This document shows, piece by piece, positions 38,007 to 46,341 of a DNA stretch of 64,000 bases. Location of the stretch: contig JAEXRM010000045.1 in NCBI GenBank assembly GCA_023440865.1, positions 1,154-65,153 on the forward strand, read 5' to 3'. The DNA comes from Bacillota bacterium (GTDB lineage: Bacteria; Bacillota; Clostridia; DSM-8532). A model generated the notes under the pieces. The model was not told where the DNA came from, did not search any database, and was given only the letters and a program-made list of their open reading frames with translations. The first letter of the stretch is position 1. Each line of letters starts with the position of its first letter. Position numbers and translations under genes: made by a program.

Positions 38007-41000
38007 GTGAAGCTCGAAATCCTCTATGGCCCCGCAGGGACCGGCAAGACGGGCGCGCTGCTGGAAGCGGCGCGCCTGCGCGCGCATGCCGAAGGCCCGA
38101 CGCCACCGGAGGACACCTGGCTGGTGGTGCCGGACCAGGCGTCCTTTGTCATGGAACGGCGTGTGCTCGATACGCTCGGCGAGCGTGATGGAAGCCATGT
38201 CCGCGTCTTCAGCATCAACCGGCTGGCACGCCACATCCTGTCGGAGACAGGCGGTTCGCCCCGCCCGTTTCTGGACGCTTCGGGGCGCGATATCCTCGTT
38301 TACCGGGTGATCCGCACGCTGCAGGACCGGCTTCCCCTCTTTGCCGATGCCATCCGGCGCGGTGGGTTCACCAAGGTTGCGGGCGATCTCGTGGCGGAGT
38401 TCAAGCGATATCACGTGCAACCGGAGCGGCTGAGGGCAGCGGCACTGGAGGCGGGGGACGCGCGGCTGGCGGTCAAGCTTGGCGAGTTGGCCGAGATCGG
38501 GGACGCGATCCAGTCTGCCATGGACGAGCGGGGGTATCTTGACGGCGAGGACCGGCTGCGGATGGCCGCCGGACAGCTTGGCAATGTGCCCGGCATCGGC
38601 CGGATCCATCTGGCGCTCGATCAGTTCCAGCGGCTCTCGCCCGCGCAGGTGACACTCGTTGCCGCCTGCTTGCGGCAGATGGCCTCCGTGACGGTATCGG
38701 TGCGCCTGTCGGAAGGTCCGGCCCTGTTTGGGGATGGATCCGCGGTTTTTCGGCCGGATGCACCGCAACGCGGCCAATCAGCCCGCCGAATGGCGCAGGC
38801 GCTGCTCGACGCGGCCGCGACGCTGGGGGCTCCGGTTGTGCAAGCCTGCACGGCGGGTGTGGACCTGCGTCATCGAGCCGGTTCCGGACTCGCCTTCCTG
38901 GCCCGCCGCCTGTCGCTGCCCGACCGTCAGGTTTTTCATGGGCGTCCCGGCGATCTGCGGCTGGCCGTCCACGCGGATCCGGAAGCAGAGATCCACGCCT
39001 GCGCCGCGCGCCTGATCTCCCTGTGTCGCGACGGTGGTTGCCGCTTCCGCGACCTGGCCGTGCTGGTGCCGGACGTGGCCGAGTACGCCGGTGCCGTCCG
39101 CCGCATCTTCCGCATGCATGGCATTCCCTTCTTTATGGACCGCAAGGAATCGCTGGCAGGCAATCCGGTTTCTGTCGCGCTGCTGGCTGTCTTCGACGTC
39201 CTGCGCGGCGGGTGGCGTCATGACGACGTGTTCCGGCTGCTCAAGAGCGGCCTGTTGCCGGTGGAACGCGATGTCGTCGACCGGTTGGAGAATCATGCCC
39301 TCGCGACGGGGCTGCGCGGCCGGCGCCTGTGGTGCGAGCGGCCGATTGCGGAGGAAAGCCTGGAGGCTGCCCGCATGGTGCTGGTGGAGCCGCTGGCGGC
39401 CTTCAGGCGATGCGTTCGCGGGCCGGTTCCCGTGCGGCAGGCGCTGGAGGCTTATCTGACCCTGCTGTTGTCCTGGCGGATGCCGCAGGCCGTCTCGACC
39501 CGCGCGCGCCAACTGGCGCAGGAGGGACGGCTCGAGCAGGCCGGCCACATGCGGCAGATCTGGCAGTCCGCCTGCAGCCTGATGGACCAGGTGCTCGACA
39601 TCGCCGGGGAAGGCACGCTGACGCTGACCGAGCTGCACGGTATGCTGCAGACCGGCCTGGAGGGCGGAACGACGGGCATCATCCCGCCATCCCTCGACGA
39701 GGTGTTCGTGGGGACCCCGTCCCGATCGCAGCTGGCCCAGGTGCGTCATCTGTTCGTGCTGGGCGCCGTTGAGGGCTGGATCCCCTCCGCGCCGGGCGCC
39801 CAGGGCCTGTTGACGGACAACGACAGGCGCGCGCTGGTCCGGTGCGGCATCGAGCTTGCGCCGGACACCCGCGCCGTGGGGCTGGAACGGCGCGACGAGC
39901 TTGACACGGTGCTGGCCGCCCCATCCGACGGGCTCTGGCTGAGCCGGCCCGTGGCGGACGGGGAAGGGAAGACGCTGCTGCCCTCCTCCCTGCTCGAGGA
40001 GCTGCGCCGGCTGTTTCCGGATCTGGGCGAGGGTTGGGACGATGCGGGAGCCGAGGCGTGGCCGGCGGCGGTTGCCCATGCGACCACCCCAGGCGCCCTG
40101 TTGGCGCATCTGGCCCCGGCGCTGCGAGAGGCGGGGCCGGGCGACTCGCTGCCCCGCCGGCTGCTGGCCCTGGCCGCCGCCGATCCGACTGCGGCGGAAC
40201 GGCTTGCCGCGCTCGAGGCCGGTCTTGCCTGGAGGAATCGCGCCGCGTTGTCGCCCGAATGGCTGCGTGCCCGATACGGCTCGATGCTTACGGGCAGCAT
40301 CTCGTCGATGGAGCTGTACCGACGCTGCCCGTTCGCCTGGTACGCGCGCCACGCCGCCCGTCTCGCCGAGCGGGAGACCGCGGGACTGCGCGATGTGGGC
40401 TTCGGCCTCTTGATGCATGGCGTGCTCGATGACGTGCTCGCCCAGGTCGAGACGCTCGGCGGCTGGGATGCGGTCGAACCCGAGGCGCTTTCTCCTCTGG
40501 TCCTGCAGGCCGTGTCGCGGGGTGTGGCCGGTGGAACAGGCATTTCGCCACTGCATCCGGGCCTTTCTTCCTGGTTCGCCTCCCGCCTGGGAAAAGCGGC
40601 TCTGACCGCCATGGAGCGCGTGTTCCGGCAGGTGCGCGACGGCAGCTTCCGCCCGCTTGGGCATGAAATCGGCTTCGGCGGCGGCGGCCCGTTCCCGCCA
40701 TATGTGCTGTCGCTTCCCGATGGCGGTACGATGCGTCTGGTGGGCCGGCTCGACCGGCTGGATGTACACGATGCGCCGGAGGGGCGGTACGTGCGTGTGG
40801 TCGACTACAAATCGGGAGACCGGGGCCTGTCGCTCGCGGACATCGCCAATGGCCTGTCGATGCAACTGCCGGCCTATCTGGCGGTCACCCTGTCGAGCAT
40901 GCGGCAGTCCGCCGCCCGTGTGCTGCCGGCCGGCATTTTTCACATGCGGCTGGAGCCCCCCGATATCCGCCGGCAGGAAGGCGGCACGGACGGTACGGCG

Positions 41001-41489
41001 GCGGACCGCAACAAGCGGATGCGCCTGACGGGTTACGTGCTCGACGATCCACAGGTGCTCGGCGCGATGGACAGGCAACTTGCCCGAACGGGCACCTCGG
41101 AGATCATCAAGGCCTCGCTCAACCGGGACGGCACGATCTCCTCGCGTACAAAAACCCTTTCCGCGCAGGGGTTCGAGCGACTCGGAGACATGATCGGCAA
41201 TACGATCGGCCAGCTGGGAGCGGAGCTCATGTCCGGGTCCATCCCGGTCCGCCCTGTGCGGACGAAAGGCATGAGCGCCTGCGACAGGTGTCCGTACGAC
41301 CGGGTTTGCCGGTTTGAGCACGGACTCGGCGGCGTATCGTGGGACCGGCCATCCCTTTGCGACGAGAAGCAGGTGAGGGCCTTGCTGGAGTCCCCGCCGG
41401 ACCATTCTGTGACCGAGGTTGCCAGTGGTGACGGAACACAGGCTCGGGTCGTGCCGGAAGGGGAGGATGCGCATGAGATGGACCGCTGA
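38007..41489 (+). CDS. addB: ATP-dependent helicase/nuclease AddAB, subunit B
   Basis: The GTG start has RBS GGAGGGAGA. A GPAGTGKTG P-loop is present. The C-terminal RecB-type nuclease carries Fe-S cysteines (CPFAWYARH ... CDRCPYDRVC). Confidence 0.93.
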   Translation: MKLEILYGPAGTGKTGALLEAARLRAHAEGPTPPEDTWLVVPDQASFVMERRVLDTLGERDGSHVRVFSINRLARHILSETGGSPRPFLDASGRDILVYRVIRTLQDRLPLFADAIRRGGFTKVAGDLVAEFKRYHVQPERLRAAALEAGDARLAVKLGELAEIGDAIQSAMDERGYLDGEDRLRMAAGQLGNVPGIGRIHLALDQFQRLSPAQVTLVAACLRQMASVTVSVRLSEGPALFGDGSAVFRPDAPQRGQSARRMAQALLDAAATLGAPVVQACTAGVDLRHRAGSGLAFLARRLSLPDRQVFHGRPGDLRLAVHADPEAEIHACAARLISLCRDGGCRFRDLAVLVPDVAEYAGAVRRIFRMHGIPFFMDRKESLAGNPVSVALLAVFDVLRGGWRHDDVFRLLKSGLLPVERDVVDRLENHALATGLRGRRLWCERPIAEESLEAARMVLVEPLAAFRRCVRGPVPVRQALEAYLTLLLSWRMPQAVSTRARQLAQEGRLEQAGHMRQIWQSACSLMDQVLDIAGEGTLTLTELHGMLQTGLEGGTTGIIPPSLDEVFVGTPSRSQLAQVRHLFVLGAVEGWIPSAPGAQGLLTDNDRRALVRCGIELAPDTRAVGLERRDELDTVLAAPSDGLWLSRPVADGEGKTLLPSSLLEELRRLFPDLGEGWDDAGAEAWPAAVAHATTPGALLAHLAPALREAGPGDSLPRRLLALAAADPTAAERLAALEAGLAWRNRAALSPEWLRARYGSMLTGSISSMELYRRCPFAWYARHAARLAERETAGLRDVGFGLLMHGVLDDVLAQVETLGGWDAVEPEALSPLVLQAVSRGVAGGTGISPLHPGLSSWFASRLGKAALTAMERVFRQVRDGSFRPLGHEIGFGGGGPFPPYVLSLPDGGTMRLVGRLDRLDVHDAPEGRYVRVVDYKSGDRGLSLADIANGLSMQLPAYLAVTLSSMRQSAARVLPAGIFHMRLEPPDIRRQEGGTDGTAADRNKRMRLTGYVLDDPQVLGAMDRQLARTGTSEIIKASLNRDGTISSRTKTLSAQGFERLGDMIGNTIGQLGAELMSGSIPVRPVRTKGMSACDRCPYDRVCRFEHGLGGVSWDRPSLCDEKQVRALLESPPDHSVTEVASGDGTQARVVPEGEDAHEMDR

Positions 41490-44400
41490 ACAGGAGGCCG
41501 TCCTCACGGCACGCGGCTGCAACCTGCTCGTTGCGGCGGCAGCCGGTTCGGGCAAGACCGCCGTGCTGGTGGAGCGCATCGTGCGGCTGGTGCTCGAAGG
41601 GGAGAATCCGCCCGATCTGGACAACATCCTTGTCGTCACATTCACGCAGGCGGCGGCGGCGGAAATGCGCGAGCGCGTCCGCAAGGCGCTGACGAGTCTG
41701 GCCTCCGCCGGGAACGACCGCGCACGCGACCAGTTGTCACGTGTCAATGACGCGCCCATCTCCACAATTCATTCCTTCTGTCTCTCCGTGCTGCGCGAGC
41801 AGTTTCACCAGGCCGGCCTTGAGCCGGGTTTCCGCGTGGGAGAGCAGACCGAGTGCGCCCTGATGCTCGCCGAGGCCGTCGACGCCCTGATGGACGAATG
41901 CTATGGGCGCGATCCGCTGGATCCGGCGGTGGCAGACCTGCTCGACAGCCATGCGGGGTATCGTGACGACGCCGGTCTCCGCGAGCGCATCACCACCCTG
42001 TGGCGGTTCTCCCGCACCATGCCATGGCCGGATGCCTGGCTAGAGGATTCGCTTGCGCGCATGCGGCTGCCTGAGGGCATGGACTTCGGAACGACGGACT
42101 GGGGGCGCGTCCTGCTCGAGCAGGCACGCTGGCGGATCGACGACCTGGCGCGGGAGACGGAGCGCACGCTCCGGCTGGCGGAGGATACGGGCTTCGAGGC
42201 GTATGCGGCGACCCTGCTGCTTGACAGGACCTTGCTCGAGGGGTTTCTGGCGGAAATGGACGGGGGATGGGATGCCGCGGTGCGCGCCCTGCAGGCGGTG
42301 AAGTTCCCGACCATGAAGCGGGCACCGAAGGATGCAGATCCGCTCATCCGCGACCGCATCAAGGAGGCCCGCCTGAAAGTGAAGGACGGAGTCGCCCGCC
42401 TTGGCGGTGAAACGTTGTGCGGCTACTCTGATGCGCTGTGCGCCGAGATCCGCAACGAAGCCCCGCGGATGGCGGCGCTCGTGTCGCTGGCCAGAGCCCT
42501 TGACCGCATCTATGGCCGCATGAAGAGGCGCCGGAACCTGGTTGATTTCGACGACATGGAGCACCTGACGCTGTCCCTGCTGGCGGCTCGAGGATCCGGG
42601 GGCGCCGTCGTGCCCACGGCGCTGGCCGAGTCGATGCGCGCCCGGTGGCATGCGGTGATGATCGACGAATACCAGGACAGCAACCTGGTGCAGGAGACCA
42701 TTCTCGGTGCGGTCGCGACCCAGGATGAACGATTCGGCAACCTGTTCATGGTCGGTGACGTCAAACAGAGCATCTACCGGTTCCGCCAGGCCATGCCCGA
42801 GCTGTTCCTGGGCAAGTACGCGGCCTATCCGCAATGGGTGCCTGAAGGCGCCGCGGATGGCGGCGCATGCGATGCTGTGGAAGGCGCCGCGGATGGCGGC
42901 ATGCATGAAGCCACGGATGACGCCGCGGATGCCAGCGTGCCCGATTCCGCGGAAGTCGGCGGGAACCAGGCGGCGCTCGGCTGTGCGGCGCGCAAGATCC
43001 TGTTGCACCGCAATTTCCGTAGCCGCAAGCCTGTTCTTGAAGCGGTCAATCTCGCATTCTCCCGGCTCATGACCCCGCAACTCGGTGAGATGGCCTATAC
43101 CGAGGCGGAATCGCTGCTGGCAGGGGCAGTCTTCCCGACATGGAACGGCCTGGATGGCGCGCCGGTCTCGTTCCATCTCATCGATTCGACATCGGGCACC
43201 GGAGCCGGCGGCGCCAATCCCGATCAGGACATGCATGCGGGCGGGGATCCGGATCAGAACGGTGGCGTGAACGGGCGTGGCGACATCGACGCCTCCAGGG
43301 ACCCGGATCCCGGCGGAGATCCGGATGGCGCGGCGTATGATCCCCCGGGCGAACCGGTGTCCCCGGAAGCCGACGATGAAGTTCTCTCCGTGGAGGAGCT
43401 CGAAGGCGTCCAGGAGGAGGCCGCATGGGCCGCAGCGATCATCCGGGGGCTGGTTCGGGGCGATGCGGGGGAAGCCCCCTTCCAGGTGACGACGAAGGAG
43501 GGGGGGCTTCGTCCGGTGCGATACGCCGACTGCGCCGTTTTGCTGCGCGCCACGAGCGGTTGGGCGCAGGTATTCGTCGAGGAGTTCGCCCTGGCGGGCC
43601 TCCCGCTGTTTTCCGATACCGGAGCCGGCCATTTCTCCTCGGTGGAGGTCGGCGTCATGCTGTCCCTGCTGGAGGTGCTCGACAATCCGTATCAGGACAT
43701 CCCGCTGGCCGCGGTGCTGCGGTCCCCCCTGTTCGGATGGGATGAGACCGCCATTGCGGCAGTACGTGGCACATCGCCCGAAGGCCTGCTGCTCGACGCA
43801 ATGCGTCGGCACGAAGGCCCCCACACGGACGCCTGTTCCGCCGCGCTAGGCCGGCTGGACGCGTGGCGATCGCTGGCACAGGCGGTGTCGGTGGGAGAGC
43901 TGCTGGAGCGGTTGTACGACGAGACCGGCTATGCACTGCATGTCGCGGCGTTGCCGCAGGGACGGCGCCGTCTGGCGAATCTGCGGCTGCTGGCCGAGCG
44001 GGCGGCCCGCTTTGAAACGACAGGATACCGCGGACTGTTTCAGTTCCTGCGTTATGTCGAACGCCTGCGGCTGGCCAAGGGTGACATGGATGGCGCGAAG
44101 GTGCTGGGAGAGAGCGAAGATGTTGTCCGCCTGATGAGCATTCACAAGAGCAAGGGGCTTGAGTTCCCCGTCGTGCTGTTGTGTGGCACCGGCAGACAGT
44201 TCAATCTGCGCGACCGCAACAGCCGCATCCTGATGCATCACCGGTACGGTTTCGGTCCCGACGGAGTGCTCCCCGATGCCGGAGTCGTCTGGCCGACCGC
44301 CGCCAAACGTGCACTGCAGGCGGTTTCCACACGTGAGATGCTGTCCGAGGAAATGCGGATTCTTTATGTGGCGCTCACCCGTGCCAAGGAGCGTCTGTTC

Positions 44401-45816
44401 ATCTGCGGGCGGATGGCGGACCCTGCCGGAAGACTGCGCGACATGGCGGACCTGCCGGACGGCGGAGCGTTGCCGGCCGGCACCCTGCTGCCCATGAGGT
44501 GTCACGCACAGTGGCTTTTGGCGGCATGGGGACCCTGGCTTCGCAGGCACGAAGGCCCCTTTGCATGGCATGTATATGCCCGTGGTGAGATCCTGGCCAT
44601 GCGCGCGGCCGGGCTGGCTGTGCCGGAGGCCGGGTTGTACGAGGCGGAGATCAACGGAGCCGGAACCGATCATGCCGGAACCATTGGAGCCGGAACGCTC
44701 GGCATCGGTGATGCCGTGAAGGAGCGCAACAACGGCGATCCCCTGGAGACGGTCTGGAGTCCTGGCGGCGGCAGGATCTCAACGACTCGCCGCATGCGGG
44801 TTCCGGAAGGACAGATGAGCCTGTTCGACGAATCGGATCAAGACCCCGGGCAGACCCGCATGGATGCCTGGGTCGACGAGGCACGACGCCGCCTGTCATG
44901 GTTTCCACCTTTCCCGAAGCTTTCCACCCTGCCCTCGAAGATGTCGGTGACCGCGCTCAAACGGTTGTGGGCGGAGCAGGACGAGGAGGCGGCAAGACTC
45001 GAGGAAGCGTTTCGCATCGCCTGCACCTCGCCGGAGGAATTGGCCGCGTTGCGCGGCCTGCCCCGGACCGGGCACGGGATGGACTATCCGGACGGTGCTG
45101 CCGGTGCCCGCGGTATCGCGTCCGAGAACACCCCCTGCGTCGAGCCCTGCGTCGAGCCCGAGGCCTTCGGGTACGTCGAGACCTACGCCGGTCCCGATGC
45201 CGATCCCGACACGGAGTCCTACGTAGATCCCGACACGGAGTCCTACGCCGATCCCGATGTCGTGCTGCCGCGATTCGCCCTTGCCGTACGGGGGGGAGCT
45301 GTTCGGACAAGCGGTCAGCGGTATGGCACCCTCATGCATCTGGTGCTGCAGCATCTGGATCCCGTCGGGGGAGAAGCGCCTGACCTCGAGTCGGTGATTG
45401 GTGCGCTCTGCGAGCGTGGTCTGATTGCGGAGGAGGAACGCGCCCTGCCGAATCGGCGCGCCCTGCGGACCTTTCTTGAATCGGACCTGTACGCGCGCAT
45501 GCTGCGGGCGGGTGAGATCCATCGCGAGACGCCTTTCACTGTCCGTATGCCCGCATCCGACATCCTGCGTGACCCGACGGTGCCGTCGACGGAGACCGTG
45601 GTCATGCAGGGGATCGTCGACTGCTGGTTCATCGAGTCCGGCAAGATCGTACTCATCGATTACAAGACCGACAGGGGGACGGAGCGGCTTCCGGCATATC
45701 GAAGGCAGTTGCAGTGGTATGCCGCGGCACTTGAGAAGACAGTGGGATTGCCGGTCGGGGAGTCCATCCTGTGGTTCCTGCACTTGGGGCGCGCGATTCC
45801 GGCAGGGGACATGTGA
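41473..45816 (+). CDS. addA: ATP-dependent helicase/nuclease AddAB, subunit A (UvrD-like helicase plus RecB nuclease)
   Basis: WTAEQEAVL...AAAGSGKTAVLVERI, DEYQDSN, FMVGDVKQSIYRFR, IHKSKGLEFPVV, the C-terminal nuclease GIVDCWF and DYKTD are present. The gene overlaps the end of addB. It contains several low-complexity insertions. Confidence 0.95.
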   Translation: MRWTAEQEAVLTARGCNLLVAAAAGSGKTAVLVERIVRLVLEGENPPDLDNILVVTFTQAAAAEMRERVRKALTSLASAGNDRARDQLSRVNDAPISTIHSFCLSVLREQFHQAGLEPGFRVGEQTECALMLAEAVDALMDECYGRDPLDPAVADLLDSHAGYRDDAGLRERITTLWRFSRTMPWPDAWLEDSLARMRLPEGMDFGTTDWGRVLLEQARWRIDDLARETERTLRLAEDTGFEAYAATLLLDRTLLEGFLAEMDGGWDAAVRALQAVKFPTMKRAPKDADPLIRDRIKEARLKVKDGVARLGGETLCGYSDALCAEIRNEAPRMAALVSLARALDRIYGRMKRRRNLVDFDDMEHLTLSLLAARGSGGAVVPTALAESMRARWHAVMIDEYQDSNLVQETILGAVATQDERFGNLFMVGDVKQSIYRFRQAMPELFLGKYAAYPQWVPEGAADGGACDAVEGAADGGMHEATDDAADASVPDSAEVGGNQAALGCAARKILLHRNFRSRKPVLEAVNLAFSRLMTPQLGEMAYTEAESLLAGAVFPTWNGLDGAPVSFHLIDSTSGTGAGGANPDQDMHAGGDPDQNGGVNGRGDIDASRDPDPGGDPDGAAYDPPGEPVSPEADDEVLSVEELEGVQEEAAWAAAIIRGLVRGDAGEAPFQVTTKEGGLRPVRYADCAVLLRATSGWAQVFVEEFALAGLPLFSDTGAGHFSSVEVGVMLSLLEVLDNPYQDIPLAAVLRSPLFGWDETAIAAVRGTSPEGLLLDAMRRHEGPHTDACSAALGRLDAWRSLAQAVSVGELLERLYDETGYALHVAALPQGRRRLANLRLLAERAARFETTGYRGLFQFLRYVERLRLAKGDMDGAKVLGESEDVVRLMSIHKSKGLEFPVVLLCGTGRQFNLRDRNSRILMHHRYGFGPDGVLPDAGVVWPTAAKRALQAVSTREMLSEEMRILYVALTRAKERLFICGRMADPAGRLRDMADLPDGGALPAGTLLPMRCHAQWLLAAWGPWLRRHEGPFAWHVYARGEILAMRAAGLAVPEAGLYEAEINGAGTDHAGTIGAGTLGIGDAVKERNNGDPLETVWSPGGGRISTTRRMRVPEGQMSLFDESDQDPGQTRMDAWVDEARRRLSWFPPFPKLSTLPSKMSVTALKRLWAEQDEEAARLEEAFRIACTSPEELAALRGLPRTGHGMDYPDGAAGARGIASENTPCVEPCVEPEAFGYVETYAGPDADPDTESYVDPDTESYADPDVVLPRFALAVRGGAVRTSGQRYGTLMHLVLQHLDPVGGEAPDLESVIGALCERGLIAEEERALPNRRALRTFLESDLYARMLRAGEIHRETPFTVRMPASDILRDPTVPSTETVVMQGIVDCWFIESGKIVLIDYKTDRGTERLPAYRRQLQWYAAALEKTVGLPVGESILWFLHLGRAIPAGDM

Positions 45817-45827
45817 CGGATGTGGTG

Positions 45828-45867
45828 ATCTGGCCGGCCGTTCCCGAGGAGGATTGGCCGGCCAGAT
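45828..45867 (+). terminator. Hairpin after addA (no U-tract)
   Basis: ATCTGGCCGGCC-N16-GGCCGGCCAGAT is a 12-bp stem. Confidence 0.3.
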
Positions 45868-46010
45868 CCTCTGCATGGCCTGCCGGGAGCGGCCCTGCAT
45901 GGCTGAAACGACGCAATCCGATTCATGTTTTCTGTGTGAATCGTTTTCAACGCGGGTATACACGTTGCAGGACGACTGTCGCGGCGTCCCACCGGTGCCG
46001 GAACGCAGAC

Positions 46011-46040
46011 TTGACAAGGCGTTCGGACGACTGCTATAGT
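46011..46040 (+). promoter_or_regulatory. Near-consensus sigma-A promoter upstream of rho
   Basis: TTGACA (46011-46016), an 18-nt spacer, then TATAGT (46035-46040). This implies a leader of about 300 nt. Confidence 0.5.
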
Positions 46041-46341
46041 GAATGTTGCATTGGCTTTATTGCCGGACAATCTTCCCGATGGAACTTCATATCGCTTGTT
46101 CCGAGTTGCCGGCTGTATATCGCGTTTTCCGCGACGATGAATTCATGTTCAGTTGAATATGCCCGTTTGGCGACAGTTCGTCGTGGCGTTCCGTCAGGCA
46201 TCCCCATGTGCCTCGGATAGATGGCGCCCCTTTCGCGCGAACGGATCCATGCCATTCATGCGCATGGTGTTCTCCCTGCATTCTCTCTGGTGCAAGACGC
46301 CTTCCTGTGCTTGCACACCAAATCATGACAGGCGGTGACGA

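Noticed and set aside
38778-41765. A 995-aa minus-strand ORF spanning addB/addA.
   Set aside because: It is antisense to two genes with textbook AddB/AddA motifs. Its translation is Arg/Ala/Gly/Pro-rich with no recognisable motif and no RBS. This is typical of stop-free antisense frames in high-G+C DNA.
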